DNA of 64,000 nt from a virus. Its lineage: Duplodnaviria > Caudoviricetes. A program made the position numbers and the translations under genes. The notes below the pieces were generated by a model, which worked only from the letters and a program-made list of their open reading frames with translations, did not search any database and had not been told where the DNA came from. How positions within the stretch are numbered: the first letter of the stretch is position 1; the number at the start of each line of letters is the position of its first letter. Location of the stretch: positions 80,270 through 144,269 of IMG/VR virus record IMGVR_UViG_3300031555_001441. One strand, given 5' to 3'. Positions 48,691 through 59,020 of this stretch are shown piece after piece.

Positions 48691-50538
48691 TTAATATGTA
48701 TATTTTTGATCGCTCAACAGCAGATCAAACAATTTAGGATTATTATATATATCTAGTTGACCATCTACAATGAACTGAGAAATTCCTTTCTTTGTGTAAA
48801 GAATCTCTTGTACACGTTCGTCAATTGTATCTTTTGTAACAAGTGTGTATATATTTAACGGTGCTGTAGACATTCCGATGCGATGCGCTCTATCTTCACC
48901 TTGTTCTTTATCTGAAGGTGTCCAGGGACAATCGTAGAAAATGACATTCTGTGCAGCTGTCAGCGTATGCGTTGTGCCCATTGCACCGATAGTACCAATC
49001 ATAATAGTATACGCTGGATTTGTTTGAAAAACTTTCTTATGTCGTTCACGTTCTTCAAACGTCATAGTACCTGTAAAACAGCATACCTTGTATTGCTTAG
49101 ATATGTACTTATATAAGGTTCTAAGAGGCTCAACCCAGTTAGAGTAGATTAGGACTTTTTCGCCTCTTTCATGTATTTCAACCAAGATCTCAAGCAACCG
49201 CGCTAATCGTGCATTCTTACTTAAATAATCTTTATCAACTTTCAAATCCGGATCAACTAATTCAGGAGCTTCGTTTACTTGACGAAGTCGTAGAAGTTGA
49301 GTCATAGGATTTAGTGAATGCACAATTTCATCTTTATGTGCTACAACATCTTTAAGAACATTTTCATATAATCGTGCTTGATATGTTGTGTTCTCAACAT
49401 ACTCTACTATCTGTATTTTCGGAGGAAGTTTGAGAACATCAGATTTCAAACGTCGAATCATATTATGTTGCAGTATCACTTTGAGCTTAGGAACATTCTT
49501 ATAGCCAATTACTTCATGATCACCAAAACCACCATATATACAGTATTCTTTAGACCATGTGTAGTATGATGAAGTGTTTGAGCTGTTAGTTAGTTTGAGT
49601 GGCACAAATAGATCCAAAGGAGAGTTTGTAATCGGAGTTCCAGTCATCGGCAACCACATTGCGTTGTTACCGGTACGCTTCTTTATCTCAAGAAGCTGTT
49701 TACCTTGTTTAGAGGTTGGAGATGCATTCTTATGGATTTCATCAATTATTATCATTTGAATCTGATTTCGTTGTATTCGATCTACAATTGCATCTGTAAT
49801 AGCATAAGTACGATTTTCTTTGTAATGAAGTGCTTCTATGTTTAATATCAAGAAGTAAGGTAACTTTCCTTCTTTTCCGAACATTCTTCCTGTTCTAAGA
49901 TCTTCCAGCTTTTCTCGACTGCCTCCGCTGTATCTGATTTTACCACCGCGTCCTTTTCGCATACCGAGTATGTACGGAGTCTCAGCACCATTAGTATGCT
50001 TGAAGATGTCAGCATACCAGTTCATTCTAGAACTATTAACACAACATATAACAAGACAATGTTTAAATCCATTGCGCTCTTTATTATACATTGCAAGATT
50101 CATAGATTCTAAAGTTTTACCTAAACCTTGTTCATCCGCAACAAGAAAACCATTCATGTTACCACTGCGTTGACGATGAATAGCAAATTTCATGAAATTT
50201 ATCTGATGGGGCAGTACTTCAGATCCTGCCTCTACATAGAGATGCGCATCTGAAATGTCTTCGTCAGGAATATGATCTGTAACATCTAATGAAGCATTTT
50301 GGCCAATCTGCTCATCTGATATTATCTTGATGTGATTTTCATACCGAGTCCCTTTGAGTTCATTGACCAACCATCCAAGCCGATCTTTCGGAATAAGCCA
50401 CATCTTTTGATTAGGTAACCATTGTCGACCTGGAACTTGTTTGATAGCAGCAACAACTGCAGCATCATATTTGAATTGCACTTCATACACATCTCCGTTC
50501 TTTCGAACGTATATATCTGAAGTATTAAGTGTACTCAT
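48691..50538 (-). CDS. SNF2-family helicase with N-terminal HARP-like domain
   Basis: F.YD..VV.AIKQVPGR.W, ADEQGLGKT, IIDEIH, TGTP, RRLK and QGEDRAHRIG motifs. Confidence 0.9.
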   Translation of the reverse strand: MSTLNTSDIYVRKNGDVYEVQFKYDAAVVAAIKQVPGRQWLPNQKMWLIPKDRLGWLVNELKGTRYENHIKIISDEQIGQNASLDVTDHIPDEDISDAHLYVEAGSEVLPHQINFMKFAIHRQRSGNMNGFLVADEQGLGKTLESMNLAMYNKERNGFKHCLVICCVNSSRMNWYADIFKHTNGAETPYILGMRKGRGGKIRYSGGSREKLEDLRTGRMFGKEGKLPYFLILNIEALHYKENRTYAITDAIVDRIQRNQIQMIIIDEIHKNASPTSKQGKQLLEIKKRTGNNAMWLPMTGTPITNSPLDLFVPLKLTNSSNTSSYYTWSKEYCIYGGFGDHEVIGYKNVPKLKVILQHNMIRRLKSDVLKLPPKIQIVEYVENTTYQARLYENVLKDVVAHKDEIVHSLNPMTQLLRLRQVNEAPELVDPDLKVDKDYLSKNARLARLLEILVEIHERGEKVLIYSNWVEPLRTLYKYISKQYKVCCFTGTMTFEERERHKKVFQTNPAYTIMIGTIGAMGTTHTLTAAQNVIFYDCPWTPSDKEQGEDRAHRIGMSTAPLNIYTLVTKDTIDERVQEILYTKKGISQFIVDGQLDIYNNPKLFDLLLSDQKYTY

Positions 50539-50927
50539 TCTTTAGCTACCTTTTCAAATGTGTATCCGCTTCTCTTACGACCTGTTTTAATGCTATCGCT
50601 TACCTGTGCCGGATCAATATGTAATGCTTTTGCAGCCTGTGATTGTGTATCCCAGCACTGATCAGTTTCAATACAATGTATCACATATTTAACATCTTTA
50701 CTTGTGCTAGATGATAACTCATTGATCGCAGGCGCTGCTTGGCGCGTATCGTTAGTTTCGTTGCACATCTTAATAAGTGTAGCCAACGAAAGTATCTTTC
50801 CATCTACCTTAAACGCATAACCGGCTGCATCCATTATCTTTAAAGTTTCAACTTGATAAGGCACTGTGGCTGAAACAGCGCCAAACATACATTTGTTATC
50901 AGATTTACGCAGTACTTGAAACACCAT
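50535..50927 (-). CDS. protein with a C-terminal NUMOD1-like DNA-binding module
   Basis: IHCIETDQCWDTQSQAAKAL...GYTF. Confidence 0.55.
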   Translation of the reverse strand: MVFQVLRKSDNKCMFGAVSATVPYQVETLKIMDAAGYAFKVDGKILSLATLIKMCNETNDTRQAAPAINELSSSTSKDVKYVIHCIETDQCWDTQSQAAKALHIDPAQVSDSIKTGRKRSGYTFEKVAKE

Positions 50928-51710
50928 TTATTCATACCTCGCTTTTATTTTTGTATCGTAACTAAAATATGTCCTATCTATCTGCTTATATGCTTTATAA
51001 CGATCTCCCCAGTCATGAAAATCATCTGCTCTAAAAAATGTCACATACTGAGGAATTGTGATTCCATTTACCAATACATCGTTTACGGCATTTACACACG
51101 ACTCTTGAGGCTCTTTAGATTTAACTTTAGGAGCAACTGAAAACTGATATGGTTCATATATAACATCATCTAATGACATATTATGAACGTACATGCGATT
51201 CAACACAACAGATGCTACTGCTTTTTGGCATTCATAAGATTCGGAACCTACTTCCAAAGTTACAAGAGCTGCAAGAAGTCTACATTCTTCATCTGATAAT
51301 CCATATTGACTTTGTATGTAGGGAGCTGCATAACATTCTTCCACTGCGTCGGCTTGTACAATTGAAACCGGATATTCTAGGTTGTCCATATCAATCTCTG
51401 CTATTTCATATTCGGGAATCAAAATAGTTCTAAAATATGAATCGTTGCAGAAAGTATCGGCTTCTGTTAATTCATCAGAGTGTATATTGATATGAGGCTT
51501 TGCAGGCAGCTCGTCAATCACAGGTGCATATACTACTAGTACATCACTGCCCATTTTGATCTCAGCAGTACCTGTAGACTGTTCTAACAGCTTAAATTCT
51601 GAATGTTTAGCTCCTCTGATAATTGCGATAATGATTACAGCTACTGTCAATACAACTAGTACAATATCTAAAACAGCTGCCCAAGATAATCGTCGAGGTT
51701 TATTTTTCAT
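50928..51710 (-). CDS. SleB/CwlJ-like cell wall hydrolase with an N-terminal TM segment
   Basis: LLAALVTLE......QKAVASVVLNR....VIYEPYQFS. Confidence 0.85.
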   Translation of the reverse strand: MKNKPRRLSWAAVLDIVLVVLTVAVIIIAIIRGAKHSEFKLLEQSTGTAEIKMGSDVLVVYAPVIDELPAKPHINIHSDELTEADTFCNDSYFRTILIPEYEIAEIDMDNLEYPVSIVQADAVEECYAAPYIQSQYGLSDEECRLLAALVTLEVGSESYECQKAVASVVLNRMYVHNMSLDDVIYEPYQFSVAPKVKSKEPQESCVNAVNDVLVNGITIPQYVTFFRADDFHDWGDRYKAYKQIDRTYFSYDTKIKARYE

Positions 51711-51820
51711 ATTATTTATTCTCCTACAAGTATATATGTTCTATAACGATTTATACATAAAGATAGAAGGTTATGCAATTGCATAGCCTCCTACCAATGT
51801 TGAAAAAAGGATATAATGGC

Positions 51821-52468
51821 CTAACTTTGTTTAGCTTCTACAGTTCCTAAAAGGGCTGATATTTGCTGTCCGAGCTGTTGCATCTCTGCAATATCGTGTT
51901 TATCAAATTCATCGTCTTTTATCATTTCAATGTATCCGATGTGTTTTCCTCTAGGAGTTTTCATTGCTACGCACAATGCTTGATGCTCATTTTGAGATTT
52001 CATCAGATCACACATTGCGCCACCCATCGTTGTATTCGGATCATCTATGTTGAAAATACAGTAGTCATGATCATTCAGCTCTGCAAAAAATGCAGTGAAT
52101 AGCGAGGTTGAGAGTTTATCTATTCTGTGCCCTGTAGCTGAGGCACCTAACTTGTATACCTCATAAGTGCACGTCATATATTTAAATGGAAGATATGCAA
52201 CAGACATTACAGAATTTGAAAATTCTATTACATGAATTCTAGTCGCATCAGATTCTCTTAATTCATTTGTTATTAATCTTTGAATCTGCTTGTTTATCTC
52301 TGCTCGGATATCTAGCAGTTGATCATGTTTCTTTGTAGACAGTTTGTTCTCTAACCATTTGAATCCGATACCTACAAGCTTAAATAACGCGTAGAGAACT
52401 ATTATACAGATGACTATCATCACACCATAGTCACCTATGAATTTTGCAAATGTTTGAATATCTCCCAT
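51821..52468 (-). CDS. membrane protein with one N-terminal TM and a soluble domain, possible T-type holin
   Basis: TM at residues ~15-35; GAF-like C-terminal pattern; adjacent to the hydrolase. Confidence 0.45.
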   Translation of the reverse strand: MGDIQTFAKFIGDYGVMIVICIIVLYALFKLVGIGFKWLENKLSTKKHDQLLDIRAEINKQIQRLITNELRESDATRIHVIEFSNSVMSVAYLPFKYMTCTYEVYKLGASATGHRIDKLSTSLFTAFFAELNDHDYCIFNIDDPNTTMGGAMCDLMKSQNEHQALCVAMKTPRGKHIGYIEMIKDDEFDKHDIAEMQQLGQQISALLGTVEAKQS

Positions 52469-52525
52469 ATTTATAGACCTTTCTTGTAAAGAACTTTATC
52501 CACTAATATATAAGGTGGATTATTA

Positions 52526-54049
52526 TTATGATTGTAATTTCAATAGGGAGTTTCCTATAATATCTTTCCAATCAGCTATCCATTTATCTATGAATTGTTG
52601 AATATTTGTATTGAAGTTACACTGATACACTTCGAGACAATCAATTATTGAGCTAAATATCGACTGTAAGTAACTTCCGATGTTGTCACTTGTGTACTGA
52701 ATGGATCCTGGAACTGTATTAGTACAGCATTCAAGATAAGTAAGAGGATTATCTACACTGTGTACTTGTTCAAAGCACAAACTACGCAGCTGATCGAGAT
52801 GACTATCTATTTGGCACATGGAAGATTCTATCAAATATCTGTACTCAGTTATATCATCTCCCCACAGGTTGGATTGAATTGTAATTAAGTTAAACTTTGA
52901 TACATAGTATACTGCAAACACTATGTTGAAAATTTCTTTCAAATCAATTGTATCTATGTCAGACAGTACGGTAACATCCCAGTCCTCATTATCATCAACA
53001 AGAACTACTGTTGAATCATCTTTCAACTTATCCTGAACAGATGCATCATATAGTACGGTTTGTAGTGCGTCAACGATCTCTTCGGGTGTCACTTGAGCAG
53101 ATGTTATTCTTTTCAATTTGTATTGAATTTCGTTTTCGACAGGAGTTCTGTGCACAGATGCAATGATACCTTTACGTCCATTCAAACCTCTTGCAGACGG
53201 AATCTGACCTGTTTCCATATCAAGTGCATATTTGCCCCAAGAAAGGTCTTCTGTTTCAGGTTCTTCTGAATTTTCCGATTCACTTTCTGTTTGATTCTGT
53301 GATTGTTGATCTTCAGGTGCTTGACCTAATATCTGATCTAGTGCTTTTTTGAATGTCTCCTCAGCATCTTCTAACATATCAGACATCTTTGTACAATGTT
53401 GCAGTTTTTGGTTTGTTGTTTCTGCGTCTCTGAATGCTCTTTGAAACTGTTTAGAAAGATCTTCAGTATTATCTACAGCTTCGCGTTGTAAATCATCTAT
53501 TGCATTTGAAAGTGAATTAGATTCATCTATACTCTGAACTTTCTGCTTTGCCTGTGCACATTGCGTTTTTACATCTTGAATGAAATCTTTTGCTTGTTCT
53601 ACTAACGCATCATGTTGAACTTTGATGCTCTCGGCATTTTTGTTATCTGCTGCATCCCAAGCTGCCATAGTAGATCTGATAACTTTCATTGCTTTATCTT
53701 CTGTTACATTTTCAGCTACAAAAGAATGATTGTTTAATCCGGAAACTGTTTTGATTTCTAGACTATATGTCGGAGGCTCGCCTTCACTTTGTATTGGATG
53801 AGGTTTGAGAGTTACTTCACAGAGATAACCTGATTGCCCTTTGGTCTTCTTGTATTCGTCGTTACCAACTTGCCATACCGTAGATGTCGGACCTTTAGAT
53901 ACACGACCGATATCATAACCACTTTGCATCAATCCAGATGCAAGAGATCCTAAAGATCTTCCGAACTTTCCAAGACCTTTGATTATAGCATCAATCACAC
54001 TGCTTGTTGAGCTAGATTGCGTATCGCACAGAATTACAAACTTATCCAT
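52526..54049 (-). CDS. hypothetical protein, possible virion protein
   Basis: 507-aa ORF with a central coiled coil. Confidence 0.6.
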   Translation of the reverse strand: MDKFVILCDTQSSSTSSVIDAIIKGLGKFGRSLGSLASGLMQSGYDIGRVSKGPTSTVWQVGNDEYKKTKGQSGYLCEVTLKPHPIQSEGEPPTYSLEIKTVSGLNNHSFVAENVTEDKAMKVIRSTMAAWDAADNKNAESIKVQHDALVEQAKDFIQDVKTQCAQAKQKVQSIDESNSLSNAIDDLQREAVDNTEDLSKQFQRAFRDAETTNQKLQHCTKMSDMLEDAEETFKKALDQILGQAPEDQQSQNQTESESENSEEPETEDLSWGKYALDMETGQIPSARGLNGRKGIIASVHRTPVENEIQYKLKRITSAQVTPEEIVDALQTVLYDASVQDKLKDDSTVVLVDDNEDWDVTVLSDIDTIDLKEIFNIVFAVYYVSKFNLITIQSNLWGDDITEYRYLIESSMCQIDSHLDQLRSLCFEQVHSVDNPLTYLECCTNTVPGSIQYTSDNIGSYLQSIFSSIIDCLEVYQCNFNTNIQQFIDKWIADWKDIIGNSLLKLQS

Positions 54050-54151
54050 AAGTATTTATTACCTCATCATAATATATGTATGTGTATATATAAGATTAAC
54101 GGCTGCCGTTCCCGACCGCCGCCATCTTATTCAAGAGTGTAAGTATTGAAA

Positions 54152-54556
54152 TTATTTCTTTATTGTCGGATTCTTGCGCGCGATGACTTTCTTATCCGGA
54201 ACTGCTTTTACAGACGCTTTTACAGGTTTCCTAGAAGCTTCCACCGATTTCTTAGGGGTCTTTACGCAAGACTCTACAAATTCAACGTCTTCCTCAGGCT
54301 CTACGGTGAATTCATCTTCACCGACTGCAAATACAACTGTGTCTTCATCTGCCGTTACTTCAACAGGCATACCTGTCACTTCGGCAATGAGTTCCGCAAC
54401 ATCCTCAGTCTCGAACAGAAGCTCAGAAGCCTCAGGATCTACATCGACTTCAGGTTCGCCCTCTTCAAGCTCAGGAACTTCGTCAACAACCTCATCAACC
54501 ACAGGCTCGTCGACTATTTCTTCATCAGCAACTATGCGTTTCTTTTGAATAAACAT
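54152..54556 (-). CDS. highly acidic protein with KKRIVAD tag, possible head scaffold/internal protein
   Basis: D/E-rich core; basic tail with VEAS and VKAS motifs. Confidence 0.6.
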   Translation of the reverse strand: MFIQKKRIVADEEIVDEPVVDEVVDEVPELEEGEPEVDVDPEASELLFETEDVAELIAEVTGMPVEVTADEDTVVFAVGEDEFTVEPEEDVEFVESCVKTPKKSVEASRKPVKASVKAVPDKKVIARKNPTIKK

Positions 54557-54589
54557 ATCAATTCTCCTTGTAAATTATATTGAATTTTA

Positions 54590-55300
54590 TCAGTTGAGAA
54601 CAACTAATTTGTTTTTGTGAGCTTGTAATTCTGAGCGAATCGCTTCAAGTTCGGCATTTGCTTCGCTGAGTAACGCTTCACCGTTGAGAGATACATTAGA
54701 ACCTTCGACAGTGTACTTACTGCGGCTATGCCCTTGTGCTAACTTCATGTTAGCTACACTCATTCTTACAAGATAATCTATCCAAGTATCTGAAACAATT
54801 TCAGAAACATCTTGAAGATCTGGCACATATCGAATTGTAACAGTAGCAGGACGCGGATCTCTATGAGCACAATAGATAACTTGATTTACAGTATCGAAGC
54901 GCCATTGAAAATCTGTTCCAAGTGTATTACGAACTTGTGCCATCGCCATCTCTGTCATTATCGGATCTATATTAAGTGAACTTGTATTACCGATAGCGCT
55001 GTATGTATTTACAGCGGCAGCTACCTGGAACACATTTCCGCTATCAATAGAACTCATTGTTAATCCGATACGAGGTTGCGATGCTTGTACGTACAGAACC
55101 TTCTTAGTATGAATGTTTTGTCGGACTAGATCAATTCTTGTTGAATATGGGACTGTTTTTTCTACAGGAGTTTTCATGTATCGTTTTAGCTCACGAAATG
55201 CGATAAGAACTGCCTGTTCAGGAGATAGCCCTTCGATATTTGTGTTAGCAGGTTCGCCAAGTAAAAAGCAAACTTGGCTAACAATTTCAGCCATTTTCAT
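54590..55300 (-). CDS. putative neck/head-tail adaptor protein
   Basis: G..RSKY......LNGE.L..EA..ELE.I..EL C-terminus resembles T4 gp13-like neck proteins. Confidence 0.55.
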   Translation of the reverse strand: MKMAEIVSQVCFLLGEPANTNIEGLSPEQAVLIAFRELKRYMKTPVEKTVPYSTRIDLVRQNIHTKKVLYVQASQPRIGLTMSSIDSGNVFQVAAAVNTYSAIGNTSSLNIDPIMTEMAMAQVRNTLGTDFQWRFDTVNQVIYCAHRDPRPATVTIRYVPDLQDVSEIVSDTWIDYLVRMSVANMKLAQGHSRSKYTVEGSNVSLNGEALLSEANAELEAIRSELQAHKNKLVVLN

Positions 55301-55399
55301 ATCATTGAATCTCCTGTATCAAAAACTATGATATCAACGACGAATCGCTACATACTATATAACGATTCGTCGTTTCATCTATCATCTCAAACGACTTTA

Positions 55400-56005
55400 T
55401 CAGCCGTTGCCGTCATCCTGACCGTCATCTTGACCGTCATCTTGACCGTCATCTTGACCGTCGTCTTCGCCGTTAGACGCATCAGGATCTTCACCGTAAG
55501 TATTGGTGACGCCGAGTATCATGATCGGGCTATTATCGCCATTAGCAGCGAACGTGGTGACAAATTCTGCAGCTATCATGAACTGAGCAACCTGTCTCCA
55601 ATACAGCTCTTCCTGATAATCAGAGCCAATGTCGAACGATACACCTGCGTTGGTTGTACCAGCTGCTTCAGCATCAACAGCGGCCTTGATAGCAAGATCC
55701 CAAATAGCAACTCTCGTTGTAGTGCTATATGTGGGAAGCAGACCCTTGAGGAAGCCGAGACCATCAACATTAGTAGCGTAGATGGATTTTGCTTTATGTT
55801 GAGTGTCAACGGAACCGAGCGAATCGCCGGTCAGAACATCCGGATTGAACGTGAAGGTTGTCGTGTTACCGTCAGTATATGCATCACTATCAACATAAGA
55901 ATTCTGAGGAGCGAAGAATCTTGCGATCTGCATCGCGTCAGCAGGATTTCTCGGATAGGTAATGCCATCGGTATCGCCGACATACTTTATAGTAATTTTA
56001 GACAT
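55400..56005 (-). CDS. putative virion structural protein with a (DDGQ)n tail
   Basis: 201-aa ORF; class B promoter at 56077. Confidence 0.6.
   Translation of the reverse strand: MSKITIKYVGDTDGITYPRNPADAMQIARFFAPQNSYVDSDAYTDGNTTTFTFNPDVLTGDSLGSVDTQHKAKSIYATNVDGLGFLKGLLPTYSTTTRVAIWDLAIKAAVDAEAAGTTNAGVSFDIGSDYQEELYWRQVAQFMIAAEFVTTFAANGDNSPIMILGVTNTYGEDPDASNGEDDGQDDGQDDGQDDGQDDGNG
55410..55467. repeat. 12-bp tandem repeat (CCGTCATCTTGA, about 4.5 units)
   Basis: Read directly; encodes the DDGQ repeats. Confidence 0.9.
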
Positions 56006-56110
56006 ATATTTTTCTCCTTAATATTAAGTGTAAATAGTAAATTCTGCTCTCACCCTTTGTTTACTATTGTTGAAATTATATAAGGTTAAGAAATTTATAT
56101 GATATTTAAA

Positions 56111-56923
56111 TCACCAATTTACTGAAATTTTTCTTTGAGATTGATGTAAATAAAGTTGTTGAGGACTTGCAGTAACTGTCGGCAGCATCATCTTGCGCAT
56201 AGCATATTCGCCATAAGCTTGCCAGGACGTACACGATATAACAAGATAATCTCTAACTTGCACAGTGTTGTATCTATCAGATACTACAAGTTTAGTAGGA
56301 CGTGTAACTGTCCCTTTATGACTATGTCCGACTACAACGCAATCAATACCATCAAGTATGTTGCCCCATCGTTCATTTCTGTTTACGGTAGCTCCTGTAT
56401 AGATACCTCCACCAGATCCATGCGTAACAGCAAATGTATACGTTTGTTTTGAACCTACTCGACCTTCGCCTTTGTTGCGATTTCCTACACCTATACGTAA
56501 GAATGCCGCATTCTGTCTGAACCTATCCTCAATATCAAGTTTACATGCAATATCATGTGCAGGGTCATCATCAGCATCTCTCAAGCTTCGTTGTTCATGA
56601 TTGCCAGATACAATACAAAGTATTTTATCTTTTATTGGTTTCAAGTACTCTGTCATCGCTATTTTCTGATCACGTGGACGAAGTATATCATCAAAAGGTG
56701 AACCCACAGAAGATCTAGTATTGTTGTTTATCAGATCTCCATTGAGTATGATATAAGAATCTTCCTCTTCAGAAAGTTTTTGAACAAACGCCTCCCATTC
56801 AGCCTTTTGATGATTTATTGCACCATAGTGCATATCAGCTATAGGATATATGTATACTGGCTTATCAAATCTATAAGTGATTATCTCAAAATCTGACTTC
56901 ATGTTACCTCCTATTATTCTCAA
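56111..56923 (-). CDS. calcineurin-like metallophosphoesterase
   Basis: DMHYG, GDL, GNHE, HG and GHSH motifs. Confidence 0.88.
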   Translation of the reverse strand: MRIIGGNMKSDFEIITYRFDKPVYIYPIADMHYGAINHQKAEWEAFVQKLSEEEDSYIILNGDLINNNTRSSVGSPFDDILRPRDQKIAMTEYLKPIKDKILCIVSGNHEQRSLRDADDDPAHDIACKLDIEDRFRQNAAFLRIGVGNRNKGEGRVGSKQTYTFAVTHGSGGGIYTGATVNRNERWGNILDGIDCVVVGHSHKGTVTRPTKLVVSDRYNTVQVRDYLVISCTSWQAYGEYAMRKMMLPTVTASPQQLYLHQSQRKISVNW

Positions 56924-57035
56924 TCATAGAAACTCAGATTAGATAGAATAGTAACAGGTTGTAACTACTATCATTGATATAGAAGGTTGAACATAAAGAT
57001 GACGAACTGATAATTTTTCTTATCAATCTGCTATA

Positions 57036-58886
57036 TTATTTAGTATTATTCAATGTGGAAGCAGACCATACCCACTTAATGACTCCCGAATCGTACACAC
57101 GGACAAATCCATGAGCCTCCATTATTTCTTTTTCAGTTTGATGCTCAATATCAATAGAAGCATCGTTGAATAAACTAATCAGGTTGTGTTTTTGACACCG
57201 TACTCTATGATAATATTTATTATCATCAATAGTTGTCCATACATAGCTGGGAGGTGTTTGATACATTCTACTAAATTGAAGTGTTTGATATAGATTACCT
57301 CTAGTATGCGCAACATCTGAAAATGATATTACTTTGTCAGGCTGATAATGTTTTAAGAAGTATTTGAATAATTTGCTAGCACCTCCAACAACTGAACAGT
57401 TTATCAGATTGCAGAATCGAGAAAGCTCCCATGTATTTGTTTCAGTGTGAGTTGTTTTACCTATTGTGTTTCTCAAATGATTGAATGTCATAACAGAAAC
57501 TAATTCATCTGTACTCTTTAACTTGAGTCCTATGTAAACTTTAGAAGTAAGCGCACCTTGCCGATGATTACTGTTTAGAAACTCTTTTCCAACAGCAGCA
57601 GGTATCTCGAATACATAAGTTTCACGAGCTCCTATGCGACGTGCAGTACATCCTAATAAGTTTGCAATCATGGACTTAATGACATCTTTGTGAGCTTTCC
57701 ATTCATATCCAAATATGTGAAATAAGAATATACCTTGTTCTGCCGCTTTTTCTGACTTATATTGATGGTATCGATAGTGTTTTGGTTTATCACCCCAACT
57801 AGTTCCTATTGATGAGTTATGCGTAAATGCCGGATTGCATTCAAACGCTATCTGGTATTGAGGAAGATAGATGTCAAGTTCGTGTGGTGTTATCATAGAT
57901 CTATCATTCTGAATGATCTCAACATTAGGTGATATCTGTTTGATGTAATCTACTACCTCACACTCTAACTGACTATACTGATGCGATATAATATCATGAC
58001 AATCATATTTAACTAAAATATCATATATAGTAGTATCAGTTACACCTAGATCTGTCATCAGTTGAAGCATTGTAGGCTTTTCGGTATAGTGTGTCAGCAC
58101 AAAGTCTCTTGGATCTGATTTGAATGCTGCGTACACATCTGCTTTTGACGGATCTGTCATGATATTGGCCAGTTCCGCTGCAGTGTATTTACGACCTTCT
58201 GGACCATAATGCTGACGATATGTATATGCTTTCTTAGCTTTGACTTCGTCATTCTGCATAGGGGATGGATGTCCGTATACAAGAGTACAAGTGAATCGAC
58301 GTCCATTTAGATATCTGTCCGATCTCATCACAGCAGAAAGTTTTCTTTTGATTTCAGGATGCTTAGCCGGATTGTCGACACCCATTCTTATTAAACACGT
58401 TTGTGCTCGCTTTTCTCGAACTTCAAGAGAGCTATTCTTCTTACTTATCTTATCTTTAACCTCTTGCAATTCGGAAACGTTGTCAACATTGTAACGTCCT
58501 CTAACTGTAGCAACATGCGCCGCATTGATACATTCTTGAGAGCAGTGCCGTGGCTTGTCTCTAGGCGAACATGTATATGATATTTCCTTTCCACAAACTT
58601 CACACAATGTTATGTGCGGACCTTTGCAGTACCTTTGCGAAGCTTGTACAGGTACAAACATCTTCCCGCACTCTTCACACTGACGCATCGGTTTTGACTG
58701 TTTAGATTGTGCAGCTAATTCATATGCACATTCTTTCGAACAACATTTATGCGGTTCACTAGGTCGCTGATATGCAACAGGTTTTCCGCAAACAGGACAT
58801 GGTCTAAAATGTGGACCTGGACAGTACACACCATTTCCTACTCTATCAAATTCTTTACCGCAGAGTTTACAAATATATTTTGACAT
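57036..58886 (-). CDS. free-standing putative homing endonuclease (Zn fingers, repeats, Vsr/DUF559-like nuclease, Mom-like C-domain)
   Basis: Multiple CxxC; ELDIYLP...IAFECN; WELSRFC...GGASKL...SFSD...GNLY. Confidence 0.7.
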   Translation of the reverse strand: MSKYICKLCGKEFDRVGNGVYCPGPHFRPCPVCGKPVAYQRPSEPHKCCSKECAYELAAQSKQSKPMRQCEECGKMFVPVQASQRYCKGPHITLCEVCGKEISYTCSPRDKPRHCSQECINAAHVATVRGRYNVDNVSELQEVKDKISKKNSSLEVREKRAQTCLIRMGVDNPAKHPEIKRKLSAVMRSDRYLNGRRFTCTLVYGHPSPMQNDEVKAKKAYTYRQHYGPEGRKYTAAELANIMTDPSKADVYAAFKSDPRDFVLTHYTEKPTMLQLMTDLGVTDTTIYDILVKYDCHDIISHQYSQLECEVVDYIKQISPNVEIIQNDRSMITPHELDIYLPQYQIAFECNPAFTHNSSIGTSWGDKPKHYRYHQYKSEKAAEQGIFLFHIFGYEWKAHKDVIKSMIANLLGCTARRIGARETYVFEIPAAVGKEFLNSNHRQGALTSKVYIGLKLKSTDELVSVMTFNHLRNTIGKTTHTETNTWELSRFCNLINCSVVGGASKLFKYFLKHYQPDKVISFSDVAHTRGNLYQTLQFSRMYQTPPSYVWTTIDDNKYYHRVRCQKHNLISLFNDASIDIEHQTEKEIMEAHGFVRVYDSGVIKWVWSASTLNNTK

Positions 58887-59020
58887 AAAAGTTGATCCTC
58901 CACATACTATAACGATTCAACATTATGAAAGGTTATATGGATAGGTGCATATCTTAAAATAGACAAAAAATAAAAAAAGAAATCAGCCGATTTCTCGGCT
59001 GACCCTTTGGTGTTTGTTGT

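Noticed and set aside
55274-56083. 269-aa plus-strand ORF and other plus-strand ORFs overlapping minus-strand genes
   Set aside because: They are antisense shadows of better-supported genes; the VILT repeats are the reverse reading of the DDGQ repeat.
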